Shown here piece after piece: positions 46,308-55,264 of a DNA stretch of 59,749 nucleotides (the first letter of the stretch is position 1; every line of letters begins with the position of its first letter). The stretch comes from a virus. The stretch lies in UHGV virus genome UHGV-0185078; one strand, written 5' to 3'. Both the position numbers and the translations under genes were made by a program. Under the pieces are notes generated by a model that was not told where the DNA came from, did no database searches, and saw only the letters and a list, made by a program, of their open reading frames with translations.

Positions 46308-46358
46308 TTATCATTCTATAATGGGCTCTACGGAGCCCTTAATTATCTGGAGGTTGTT

Positions 46359-46661
46359 ATGCTGTATTTAGGAATGGACGAAACTGGACACGCAATTCCT
46401 TCTGTCAACAAGAAGACGCAAGTATTTACAGACTATTACGGGTCTGCTATCCCTGTAGAGGCTTGGGCTAACTTTATCGCTGTAGATGCAGACGGTAAAG
46501 TTCATTGTTATGACGCCAAACCTTCTTGCTATGAATCTGGTAAGCAATGGATGCTTGGCGTATACGGTTTGCATGTTCGCTACTGCGGCGAAGTTGACAT
46601 TGAAGGTGTGGACTGGCGCGATACGCTAATGGAAATTAAAGAATATAGGCTTAACCAATGA
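46359..46661 (+). CDS. hypothetical protein
   Basis: 100 aa, GGAGG RBS. Confidence 0.45.
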   Translation: MLYLGMDETGHAIPSVNKKTQVFTDYYGSAIPVEAWANFIAVDADGKVHCYDAKPSCYESGKQWMLGVYGLHVRYCGEVDIEGVDWRDTLMEIKEYRLNQ

Positions 46662-46882
46662 AAATATTCATGATACTAGGCGTTATAATTGCCGCTTTCG
46701 TTGTATTTGCAATTGTAGACTCTAAAGAAATGGAGCGGCAAAACTGCCAACGTACTGGTAACAGCCGGGATGATATCATTTGGCAATATATTTATGATGC
46801 AAAAGGTAATGTTATGTCAATGTATCCTCAAGTCATTACTGAGTATGAATATAAATGTGATGACCGTAACAGGTGGAGATAA
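46658..46882 (+). CDS. small membrane protein
   Basis: 74 aa, N-terminal hydrophobic helix. Confidence 0.45.
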   Translation: MKIFMILGVIIAAFVVFAIVDSKEMERQNCQRTGNSRDDIIWQYIYDAKGNVMSMYPQVITEYEYKCDDRNRWR

Positions 46883-46884
46883 TA

Positions 46885-47424
46885 ATGAGCTGTCAAAAAT
46901 GTAACGGAACGGGAATGGTTGATAGTGGTGGAGTTCAACCGTGGGGTGAGTCTATTCTGGTGGAGTGTGATTGTTTATATCGTGATCGCGACGCTTGGGA
47001 ACTGGATCAAGCTGGAGGTTATTACTCCCGTCATGTTATGGCAATGACATCCGAAGGTTTGCACAGCAAAGGTGATATTGCTGCGGAGCTGGGCTATCGT
47101 GATATGCGGATTGACCAGTTAGAAGCAGAATGGCGTGCTCAGGAAGAACGTGCCGAAAATGCTGAAACTAACCTTGTCGACATGCGTGCTGCTGAGCACG
47201 CTCTATCCGATTCTTATATTCGTTTGCGTCAAATTGTTGGTGCAATGAATCCGCCGGGTGTGACCAGCGAAGAGGTGTGGGCGCATACCGAGAAGAAGGC
47301 TCAAGAGTTGCGTGATCGCTGCGAAGCTCTGGAAGCTGTAGCAAAGGACTTCCTGCGTCGTAACGCTAACGGTCCTTTGTTCTATCGTGATCTGTATAAC
47401 CGTTTTAAGGAGATTGTAAAATGA
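46885..47424 (+). CDS. zinc-ribbon protein (DnaJ-type CxxCxGxG motif) with coiled-coil C-terminus
   Basis: ATG 46885 after GGTGGAG RBS; N-terminal CQKCNGTGMV...CDC. Confidence 0.45.
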   Translation: MSCQKCNGTGMVDSGGVQPWGESILVECDCLYRDRDAWELDQAGGYYSRHVMAMTSEGLHSKGDIAAELGYRDMRIDQLEAEWRAQEERAENAETNLVDMRAAEHALSDSYIRLRQIVGAMNPPGVTSEEVWAHTEKKAQELRDRCEALEAVAKDFLRRNANGPLFYRDLYNRFKEIVK

Positions 47425-47690
47425 TTACTGCTCAAGAAGCTCGTGAATTAAGCGATAAGCTGGATATTAGCGAAGATATTGAATTTATCAGTGACAGCAT
47501 TCGCGTAGCTGCTACAAAGGGATACAATAAAGTATCACTGGTAACCAAATACGGAGCTGTTGGCAATCCTGACACTCAAGACCCGACCACTATGAAGATT
47601 GCTAAATGGTTAGCCGATTCTGGTTTTACGGTGCTATATTATCCTTCCATGGACCAACGTGATAACGAGCGTACTGAGGTGGCATGGTGA
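47421..47690 (+). CDS. hypothetical protein
   Basis: 89 aa, GGAG RBS. Confidence 0.45.
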   Translation: MITAQEARELSDKLDISEDIEFISDSIRVAATKGYNKVSLVTKYGAVGNPDTQDPTTMKIAKWLADSGFTVLYYPSMDQRDNERTEVAW

Positions 47691-47757
47691 TTGAAGAAAA
47701 TATCAAATATTGGAAAGGCTTTATTGACGAAATGTTGAAACCATTGGAGAAGAAATA

Positions 47758-48150
47758 ATGCTATTAGTCGTCACCGGAGGTCGAGATTTTAAGCATGTGG
47801 AGTATATTTACGCTCAATTGGATAAGCTGCATATGCAAAGAAGGATAACCACACTTCGCCACGGTGACGCTGACGGTGTTGACCGGATTTGCGCACATTG
47901 GTCAGAGCGCAACGGTATTAAGACAGAAGCGTTCCCTGCCCCGTGGGACAATCTTTCGCTTCCAAATACTAAGATACGGTATAACGCCAGAGGTGCTTAT
48001 AATGCCCAAGCGGGCGCTTACCGTAATCAATTAATGCTGGATACTGATCCTAAACCAGATCACGCTATTGTGTTTCCGGGCGGAGCTGGTACTATGGACA
48101 TGTACAGACGGATTAAAGCATCCGGTATTCCTTACACATTAGCGGAGTAA
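47758..48150 (+). CDS. SLOG/DUF2493-like Rossmann-fold protein
   Basis: LLVVTGGRDF...RHGDADGVDRICAHW...FPAPWD...GAYRNQLML...AIVFPGGAGTMDMY pattern typical of the SMF/DprA-LOG superfamily. Confidence 0.4.
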   Translation: MLLVVTGGRDFKHVEYIYAQLDKLHMQRRITTLRHGDADGVDRICAHWSERNGIKTEAFPAPWDNLSLPNTKIRYNARGAYNAQAGAYRNQLMLDTDPKPDHAIVFPGGAGTMDMYRRIKASGIPYTLAE

Positions 48151-48153
48151 ATA

Positions 48154-48624
48154 ATGGCTGACGTTAAAACTATTGTTGATGCAATGGACGAATCCAAAGA
48201 CTGCCAACTGAAGAAGTCGTTTGAAGTAAAACAGGTTACAGAGACTCAGTTAATAGCAAGATTCGCACGTCGTTGCGGCTTGGGGCGCGGGAAAGACTGG
48301 AACGGGCTTATTGTTATGCCCACATCACAGATCCTTGTCTATGTCCGTAATGTTGTAGAAGATCTTTTACGTCTTCAAATAGATATTGGTGACGTAGAAA
48401 TTAACATGACCGCGAGCACTACTATTGTGGTTAAATGGCAGTCGGGCGAGACACTGCGTTTGGAAGCGTGCCATTGTGCTAAAAGCTTGCACCACCTGCG
48501 CGGTTGTTACTACCAGTTTGTTGGGTTTGTGCATCCGCAAGGGTTAAGCGAGCGTACGGCGCTGGTAGCGCGTTTGCTGCTGCGTCCTTATAATAACGAG
48601 CCGGAAGTCATATACGAGGCATAA
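48154..48624 (+). CDS. hypothetical protein
   Basis: 156 aa, GGAG RBS. Confidence 0.45.
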   Translation: MADVKTIVDAMDESKDCQLKKSFEVKQVTETQLIARFARRCGLGRGKDWNGLIVMPTSQILVYVRNVVEDLLRLQIDIGDVEINMTASTTIVVKWQSGETLRLEACHCAKSLHHLRGCYYQFVGFVHPQGLSERTALVARLLLRPYNNEPEVIYEA

Positions 48625-48626
48625 AA

Positions 48627-49052
48627 ATGTCAGTAAATTTTGTCAAACAGCCAACTTTAAATACATGCGTTTCTGCGTGTTTGGCAATGATCCTTAATAA
48701 ACCTGTTGAGAAGGTGATTGAGGAATTTCATAGTCGTTATTATAACAACTGGGAAATCACTATCAGCGAATATTTGACTAAAAACGGCGTCCAGCATCAT
48801 TGTTCAGAAGGTGGTGGGCGCGAAACTTTGCATATGGGGGGTTTGTTCCTGTGCACGGTGCCAAGTCTTAATATTCCGGGCGCATTGCACCAGATTGTGA
48901 TTGATATGACAGATCACAAGTTTATTGTGCATGATCCAATTAAAGGATGGGAAGGTAAAAAGTTCTATGTTGGTCCGGATCAAGATCCTGAAGAGCCAGG
49001 AGCTTTTATCATTCATACTTGGGTCAAAGACGTTGAAATCCTGCCTTATTAA
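48627..49052 (+). CDS. papain-like cysteine peptidase (C39-like)
   Basis: N-terminal QPTLNTCVSACLAMILNK resembles the C39 catalytic Cys region; later HQIVIDMTDHKFIVHD supplies candidate His/Asp. Confidence 0.45.
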   Translation: MSVNFVKQPTLNTCVSACLAMILNKPVEKVIEEFHSRYYNNWEITISEYLTKNGVQHHCSEGGGRETLHMGGLFLCTVPSLNIPGALHQIVIDMTDHKFIVHDPIKGWEGKKFYVGPDQDPEEPGAFIIHTWVKDVEILPY

Positions 49053-49114
49053 TTTTCTTGCTATCACATAACCCTTCATTGTATTGTGTACCCATCGAAT
49101 AAGAGGGGTACACA

Positions 49115-49300
49115 ATGACCAAACTATACGCCGGATTGTTTTTATTTGCGACGTTAATGTTCGCTGGGCTTTATACCTATACAGTAGTCGAACAACCTTC
49201 CACGGTTATCCGAATCTTTGCAAGTACAGGGCTTTGTATCTGTCTTATTCTATTTGTTTTATGCATTGTTATTATCCAAGACCAAAGGAAAATTAAATGA
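49115..49300 (+). CDS. small two-helix membrane protein
   Basis: 61 aa, AGAGGGG RBS, two hydrophobic helices. Confidence 0.4.
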   Translation: MTKLYAGLFLFATLMFAGLYTYTVVEQPSTVIRIFASTGLCICLILFVLCIVIIQDQRKIK

Positions 49301-49761
49301 CCACAATTGCGTTTGATGGAAAAGTATTAGCTGCGGACCGTGGAGTTATGCGCGGGGAAGCTGTGACTGCTTATAAGAAAGTTCATAGCGTAAATGGACA
49401 TCGTGGACGGTTTTTACTGGGCTTGTGCGGCCTTACAGCATTTACCGATCAGGTGTTGCGTTATTTTAATAGCGCGGAACCTGTTAAGTTCCCTGATATT
49501 AAACTTTACAGCAAAGATGATGATTACGGGCAAACTTGCGGTCTTGCGGTTACTCCGGAAGGTACTTGCCATTTTATTTATAATGATGGTACTTTGAGCG
49601 AACCCATGCTGGATGGATGGGGATCTGAGGGTAGCGGTTGTGTGTTTGCTGCTGGCGCGTTAGCTGCTGGTGCAAGTGCGAGCGAAGCTATTGAGTTAGC
49701 AATTAAACACACCACATGCGCATTCCTGGGAGTTGATACAATATCATTTGAGGGTTTTTAA
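49297..49761 (+). CDS. HslV/proteasome beta-subunit-like Ntn hydrolase
   Basis: N-terminus MTTIAFDGKVLAADR parallels HslV MTTIVSV...IAGDG (Thr nucleophile after Met); GSEGSGCVFAAGALAAG parallels the HslV GSGG...A motif. Confidence 0.55.
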   Translation: MTTIAFDGKVLAADRGVMRGEAVTAYKKVHSVNGHRGRFLLGLCGLTAFTDQVLRYFNSAEPVKFPDIKLYSKDDDYGQTCGLAVTPEGTCHFIYNDGTLSEPMLDGWGSEGSGCVFAAGALAAGASASEAIELAIKHTTCAFLGVDTISFEGF

Positions 49762-50022
49762 ATGACTACATTCAGTCACCTGATCCCACCTGCTTATCAT
49801 AGTAAGGTAGTTGACCACGGGACGCATGTTGTAATTGGTGGCGAAATCTTTATCACAGATAACGAGGAAATCGCCATTGCAATTATTGACAGCACTCAGC
49901 ATGACTTTATGGTTATCCTGCAACACGAACCAGATAACTTCACTTTTTACTCCAACTACGGGGTCGATAAAGGTGGAAAAGGTCTTGTTAGCTGGTACAT
50001 TAACGACTGGTTTGACGGGTAA
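49762..50022 (+). CDS. hypothetical protein
   Basis: 86 aa, GAGGG RBS. Confidence 0.4.
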   Translation: MTTFSHLIPPAYHSKVVDHGTHVVIGGEIFITDNEEIAIAIIDSTQHDFMVILQHEPDNFTFYSNYGVDKGGKGLVSWYINDWFDG

Positions 50023-50104
50023 TCTCCTTAGATCAATTCTCCTTGCGCCGTATCAAGTTTCTCTGTTACCCTTGAGTGGTTCATGTCAAGCGGAGGAACT
50101 CGAT

Positions 50105-50542
50105 ATGGCACTTCAACCTCGTGGTATTCGTAATAACAATCCAGGTAATATTCGCTGGGGTGACAATTGGCAGGGCTTAGTTCCTGCTGATAAGCGAACC
50201 GATAAATCTTTTGCTCAATTCACGCAACCGATTTACGGCATTCGTGCACTAGCGAAAATCCTGACAAACTACACCAAACGTGAAGGCTTACCCAATGTGG
50301 GTAAGAAAAACATCGACACTGTACGTGAAATCATCACTCGCTGGGCACCGCCTAACGAAAACGATACGGAAGCGTATATTCGCTCTGTTGCCAAAGCAAT
50401 TGGTGTTCAACCTAACGATCCAATTAATGTCTTTGACAAGGCAATTATGTCAGGATTGGTGAAAGCAATCATTCGTCATGAAAATGGCATGATGCCCTAT
50501 ACCGACGACGTAATTAACCGCGCTATTGCAATGGTAATTTAA
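50105..50542 (+). CDS. putative endolysin (peptidoglycan hydrolase)
   Basis: ATG 50105 with GGAGG RBS; 145 aa soluble protein immediately upstream of holin and spanin genes; fold class not assigned. Confidence 0.5.
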   Translation: MALQPRGIRNNNPGNIRWGDNWQGLVPADKRTDKSFAQFTQPIYGIRALAKILTNYTKREGLPNVGKKNIDTVREIITRWAPPNENDTEAYIRSVAKAIGVQPNDPINVFDKAIMSGLVKAIIRHENGMMPYTDDVINRAIAMVI

Positions 50543-50547
50543 CTGAC

Positions 50548-50569
50548 GGGGCGTTAGCCCCTTTTATTT
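50548..50569 (+). terminator. candidate attenuator/terminator between endolysin and holin
   Basis: ggggc-gtta-gcccc hairpin followed by ttttattt. Confidence 0.4.
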
Positions 50570-50578
50570 GGAGGGAAC

Positions 50579-50923
50579 ATGTTCAATTCACCCAACGAAC
50601 ATTGGGCAGTTCTAGCGGGGTTTGCGTTTATCTCCCTTATTGGGGGAGCTCTCGGTTATGTTATGCGTACAATAGACGCTGGTAAGAAAGTACGGGCAAG
50701 CATTGCATTTCTTGAAGGCTTATCCGCCGCTTTCTTTGGCGTTATAATGTATGCGATCTACAGGGAGTTTAACATCAGCCTTTGGTTCGCTTTTGGCCTT
50801 GCTGGCCTATTTGCTTGGGCAGGTTCACGTGCTACGCTAAAAGCCCTAACGTCGCTTATAGCTTCACGGACAGGGATCAAACTCGATTCAGGGGACTGCA
50901 AACATGAAAACGATTCTAAATAA
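50579..50923 (+). CDS. holin (three transmembrane helices)
   Basis: 114 aa, three hydrophobic helices, charged C-terminus; GGAGGG RBS. Confidence 0.6.
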   Translation: MFNSPNEHWAVLAGFAFISLIGGALGYVMRTIDAGKKVRASIAFLEGLSAAFFGVIMYAIYREFNISLWFAFGLAGLFAWAGSRATLKALTSLIASRTGIKLDSGDCKHENDSK

Positions 50924-51380
50924 CTTCTTCGGTTTTATAAAAACTAAACCGCGTCTGTTTATCGAGTATTTGATGATCGGCGCGGTTGTGTTTTTATGCG
51001 GGGTGGCTGCTTACTTGTGGTCACAGAACGAGCTCAGCAAAACTAATTTAAATCATGCTGAGCAAAGACTAACCGTTGTAGAACGGGACAATGCAAAGCT
51101 GGGCGAAGCTGTTGTATTTCTTGCATCCCAACGGGAGAAGGATACTGAATCCTATCGAAAATTGGCTTCAGCAATTGAAAGTGAGCAACATAACCACAGG
51201 TTGCTTCAGGACAAATTAAAAGCACTGGAGAAAAGCAATGCCGACGTCAAAGCTTATCTTAATGAGCGTGTTCCTGATGATTTGCGCAGGCTGCTCGACG
51301 GAGATACAACCTCCACCACCGCCACAGATAGTGAAGATAAAACTTCCGGCTCATCTGTTGGTAGAATGTCGGGAAGTTGA
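50904..51380 (+). CDS. i-spanin (Rz-like)
   Basis: N-terminal transmembrane helix, coiled-coil periplasmic domain; contains the o-spanin gene in another frame. Confidence 0.55.
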   Translation: MKTILNNFFGFIKTKPRLFIEYLMIGAVVFLCGVAAYLWSQNELSKTNLNHAEQRLTVVERDNAKLGEAVVFLASQREKDTESYRKLASAIESEQHNHRLLQDKLKALEKSNADVKAYLNERVPDDLRRLLDGDTTSTTATDSEDKTSGSSVGRMSGS

Positions 51381-51543
51381 TAAATATCCTTTGGTTTATA
51401 CAAGGGACATTATCCAACGTTTGCAGGATACAGAAACAGCTCTGACTGAATGTAAACTGAGGGTTAAGGAAATCATACGCTATGAAGCTGAAAATGTTTC
51501 GCTTGATTTTGTAGGATCAAGCAATTATATTCAGCCTAAATAG
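51238..51543 (+). CDS. o-spanin (Rz1-like lipoprotein)
   Basis: LMICAGCS lipobox then PPPPP tract; starts inside the i-spanin gene and extends past it. Confidence 0.55.
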   Translation: MPTSKLILMSVFLMICAGCSTEIQPPPPPQIVKIKLPAHLLVECREVDKYPLVYTRDIIQRLQDTETALTECKLRVKEIIRYEAENVSLDFVGSSNYIQPK

Positions 51544-51566
51544 CAATAAGAAAAGGGGGGGCTTCC

Positions 51567-52124
51567 ATGAACGGGGCAAGTCAAGAGCAATATGATCGTG
51601 ACTGGACGAATTACATCCAGTATGCAAATAGCTTGTCCGCTGAAGAGATGGCAATACGTGACAAAGTTGTTGCTGAGTACATGTTCGACTACAATTGGAC
51701 TAACGCTTGCATGAGATGCGGGTTCAATGCTATGTTTGCACAGGAGCTTGGCCAACGCTTTGCCACGGACTGTTATGTTCGATGGAAGCTCAAGGAGATT
51801 GAAAGATCCCGTGTTCAACGTACTTCTGAGCAAGCTAACATTGAAGCAGACCTTGAGCGTCAGCATATCATTGAAGCATTAAAACGTGAAGCTCATTATA
51901 CAGGACCGGGGTCTTCTCAAGCTGCTAGAGTCGCTGCATTGGGCAAGCTTGCACAAATTTATGATTTGGATGCTCCCAAGAAGGCTAAGATTGATGTTAC
52001 TAACAGAGGCGGCGTAATGATAGTCCCTGCTGTAGCAAATATTGACGAATGGGAAAAAACTGCATCCGAGTCTCAACAACGACTAGTTAAAGAGACTGAA
52101 GATGGAGCTAAACCGACAACCTGA
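51567..52124 (+). CDS. terminase small subunit
   Basis: 185 aa ORF directly upstream of, and overlapping, the large terminase gene. Confidence 0.55.
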   Translation: MNGASQEQYDRDWTNYIQYANSLSAEEMAIRDKVVAEYMFDYNWTNACMRCGFNAMFAQELGQRFATDCYVRWKLKEIERSRVQRTSEQANIEADLERQHIIEALKREAHYTGPGSSQAARVAALGKLAQIYDLDAPKKAKIDVTNRGGVMIVPAVANIDEWEKTASESQQRLVKETEDGAKPTT

Positions 52125-53661
52125 TAACATGCCGCGAGTAGTCTGGAAGCCACATCCAGGTTCACAGACGCTCGCTTTATCCTGTCCTGCTGATATCATT
52201 TTATACCACGGTACTCGCGGTCCTGGAAAGACGGACTGTCAGCTTATGCGTTTCCGTAAGAATGTTGGCGTAGGGTACGGTAAATTCTGGAAGGGTATTA
52301 TATTCGACCGTGAATATAAAAACCTTGATGACCTTGTAACTAAGTCACAGCGTTGGTTTCCTGAATTTAAAGACGGTGCTAAATTCCTTAGTTCCAAGTC
52401 TGATTATAAATGGGTTTGGCCTACTGGGGAAGAATTGCTGTTCCGTGTTGCTTGCAAAGAAAAGGATTATTGGTCTTATCATGGTCACGAATACCCGTTT
52501 ATCGGATGGAACGAATTAACAAAGTATCCGGACGGGCGTTTGTTTGAAGCAATGATGTCCTGTAACCGTTCATCATTCCTACCCGAAGATAATCCAATCA
52601 TCAATCCGGACGGTACTGTCACATATTTACCAGACATTCCTCTGGAAGTGTTTGCCACCAGTAACCCGTTTGGCGCGGGGCATAACTGGGTTAAGAAACG
52701 CTTCATTGACGCTGCACCGATGGGTAAAATACTCAGGAAAACTACGCGAGTGTTTAACCCGCGGACGCAGAAAGAGGAAGATGTGGTTACGACGCAATGC
52801 CATATCTTCGGATCTTACCGTGAGAACAAAAACCTGAGCCCGAAATATATTGCAGAGCTTATGTCCATCACAGACCCGAACAAACGAGCTGCATGGTTAG
52901 GCGGTAGCTGGGATATCACCTCCGGCGGTATGTTCGATGATCTGTGGCGTAGCACTGTTCATAAAATACGCCCATTCCCAATCCCATCAAGCTGGAAGAT
53001 TACACGTTCTTTCGACTGGGGTTCTTCAAAACCATTCTCCGTTGGCTGGTGGGCTATTAGTGACGGTTCGGATGTTATACGTGAAGATGGTACTACATTC
53101 TCTACTGTTCGCGGTGACTTATTCCGTATTAACGAGTGGTACGGCACTAATGGTAAAACAAACGAAGGTCTACATTTGCTGGACTCAGAGATTGCAAGCG
53201 GTATACTGGAGCGGGAATTGGCCTGGGGTATACACGACCGTGTAGTTCCCGGACCTGCGGATAACTCTATTTGGGATCTGGAGAACAATAACTCTACCGC
53301 CGCAACAATGGCGAAGAAAATCCGTCTTAACGGCAAGCTGTATAACGGTATTCATTGGAAGAGAAGTGATAAATCTGCTGGGTCGCGTAAACGCGGATGG
53401 CAGAAAATGCGTGAGTTTCTTAAAGCTGCATTGCGGGAAGATGCAAACGGTAAACCTTTGCCGGGACCACGTGAAAATCCAGCAATGTATGTTTTTGATA
53501 ACTGCAATTATTTCTTTGAACTTGTTCCAAGTCTTCCGCGCGATGAAGTAGATCAGGACGACGTTGATACGGAATGTGAAGACCATATGGGCGATGAAGT
53601 ACGTTATATGGTTCTGGATCAAGCTGTTTATACAGGTGTCGGTAAAACTATCGGTATTTAA
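52102..53661 (+). CDS. terminase large subunit
   Basis: 519 aa; P-loop YHGTRGPGKTD; acidic nuclease-domain motifs in C-terminal half; followed by portal gene. Confidence 0.85.
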   Translation: MELNRQPDNMPRVVWKPHPGSQTLALSCPADIILYHGTRGPGKTDCQLMRFRKNVGVGYGKFWKGIIFDREYKNLDDLVTKSQRWFPEFKDGAKFLSSKSDYKWVWPTGEELLFRVACKEKDYWSYHGHEYPFIGWNELTKYPDGRLFEAMMSCNRSSFLPEDNPIINPDGTVTYLPDIPLEVFATSNPFGAGHNWVKKRFIDAAPMGKILRKTTRVFNPRTQKEEDVVTTQCHIFGSYRENKNLSPKYIAELMSITDPNKRAAWLGGSWDITSGGMFDDLWRSTVHKIRPFPIPSSWKITRSFDWGSSKPFSVGWWAISDGSDVIREDGTTFSTVRGDLFRINEWYGTNGKTNEGLHLLDSEIASGILERELAWGIHDRVVPGPADNSIWDLENNNSTAATMAKKIRLNGKLYNGIHWKRSDKSAGSRKRGWQKMREFLKAALREDANGKPLPGPRENPAMYVFDNCNYFFELVPSLPRDEVDQDDVDTECEDHMGDEVRYMVLDQAVYTGVGKTIGI

Positions 53662-53672
53662 CTGGAGGGTAT

Positions 53673-55169
53673 ATGGGTATTGATGCAACTCACCCGCTAT
53701 ATGACAAGTGGAAGGATGCATGGGTTAAGTGCAACGACTGCTATGAGGGTGAAGATAAAATTAAGGAAGAAGGTGTTAAATATCTGCCACCTTTAGCTTC
53801 CATGCTTATTGATGGGATGAATAATCCTAATGATTTGGGCTTTCAACGTTGGCTCGCTTATCGTCTGCGTGCTAACTTCCCTGACGATTATTCAAGTGCT
53901 GTCACAAACAATTTAGGTCTGTTGCACCAGAAGCCTCCTACAATCCAGCTTCCTCCTGAAATGGAGTACATGCGGGAGCTGTGTACTGCGGACGGTGAAG
54001 ACATTATTGCTCTGCTACGTCGCATCAACGAAATGCAGTTAAAAAATGGACGTTTGGGCCTGCTGCTGGACTTGCCGAAAGGTGAGGATGTAAATAACAG
54101 ACCTTATATTAGCGTTTATGATGCTTTATCCATTATCAACTGGGATGATGGTAAAGATGAACTGGGTAATATCAACTTGAACATGGTTGTACTGGATGAA
54201 AGCGGTCCTGTACGTGTCAATCAGTTTGACTGGAAAGAAGAGAAGCGTTATCGCGTTCTGCAATTAGGTCCAATGGACACAGATGAAGTTGCAGGTGGGG
54301 CAGTTTACTCCCAGCATTTATTTATTAACAATACCAATTATGATGAAGGGCAAATGATTGCTCCTTATTATAAAGGTAACACGCTGGACGAAATACCTTT
54401 CCAGTTTGTCAATACAACAGATATTACCCCAGCACCGGAAGCGCCTCCATTGTTAGGTCTTGCTAACATTTGTCTAAGCATGTACCGAAGTGACGCGGAT
54501 TACCGCCAAAGCTTGCATATGCAGGGGCAGGACACTTTAGTCGTTGTTGGCGGTACTGGGGAGAATGGAGATAAAGCCCCTCAGCGCATCGGTCCTGGAG
54601 CGGTCATTAACGTTGCTATTGGTGGTGACGCTAAATATGTAGGCGTTAGCGGTGACGGTTTGTCCGAGCAACGCCTCGCATTAGCAGCGGATAAGCAAGA
54701 AGCTCAGATTAAAGCCGGGCAGATGGTAAACAACACCAAGAGCACGCAGGAATCGGGCGAAGCTATGAAAACGCGTATTGCTGCGCGTACCGCTAGCCTG
54801 ATTCGAATTGCGTATACTGGTGCGGCAGGTTTGGAAAACTTGCTGAAGGTTTGTGCTAAATGGATGGGTGCTGATCCAGAGAAGGTTGTGGTTAAGCCTA
54901 ATCTTGAATTTACCAAGAGTATGTTTAACGGTCAGGACTTTGTTCAAATTATTACTGCACGCAACCTTAAGGCTCCGATCAGCTTGCAGTCTATTCATGG
55001 CTGGCTTGTTGATCAGGGCTTAACCACACTAAGCTTTGAAGAAGAAATGGCAATTCTTGAAGAAGAGCTTAAGAAGTGGCCTCTGCCCGATGATGCTAAA
55101 GCTGATTTAAACGCAGAGCAGCAAGTAAACAAAGATCCTAAGGAAGACGACGCTTCCGATAAAGAATAG
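53673..55169 (+). CDS. portal protein
   Basis: 498 aa with acidic C-terminus, between terminase and scaffold/capsid genes. Confidence 0.7.
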   Translation: MGIDATHPLYDKWKDAWVKCNDCYEGEDKIKEEGVKYLPPLASMLIDGMNNPNDLGFQRWLAYRLRANFPDDYSSAVTNNLGLLHQKPPTIQLPPEMEYMRELCTADGEDIIALLRRINEMQLKNGRLGLLLDLPKGEDVNNRPYISVYDALSIINWDDGKDELGNINLNMVVLDESGPVRVNQFDWKEEKRYRVLQLGPMDTDEVAGGAVYSQHLFINNTNYDEGQMIAPYYKGNTLDEIPFQFVNTTDITPAPEAPPLLGLANICLSMYRSDADYRQSLHMQGQDTLVVVGGTGENGDKAPQRIGPGAVINVAIGGDAKYVGVSGDGLSEQRLALAADKQEAQIKAGQMVNNTKSTQESGEAMKTRIAARTASLIRIAYTGAAGLENLLKVCAKWMGADPEKVVVKPNLEFTKSMFNGQDFVQIITARNLKAPISLQSIHGWLVDQGLTTLSFEEEMAILEEELKKWPLPDDAKADLNAEQQVNKDPKEDDASDKE

Positions 55170-55264
55170 TTGCAACTTCCAAATTGATTGGTTTATATTA
55201 ACGAACACGGGGCTGGGACGGCTCAGCCCCAAAAACGTCACACGGGTGACAACGGAGATAAGAA

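Noticed and set aside
55209-55230. Hairpin ggggctg...cagcccc as a transcription terminator
   Set aside because: No U-tract follows it on either strand; kept only as a possible RNA structural element
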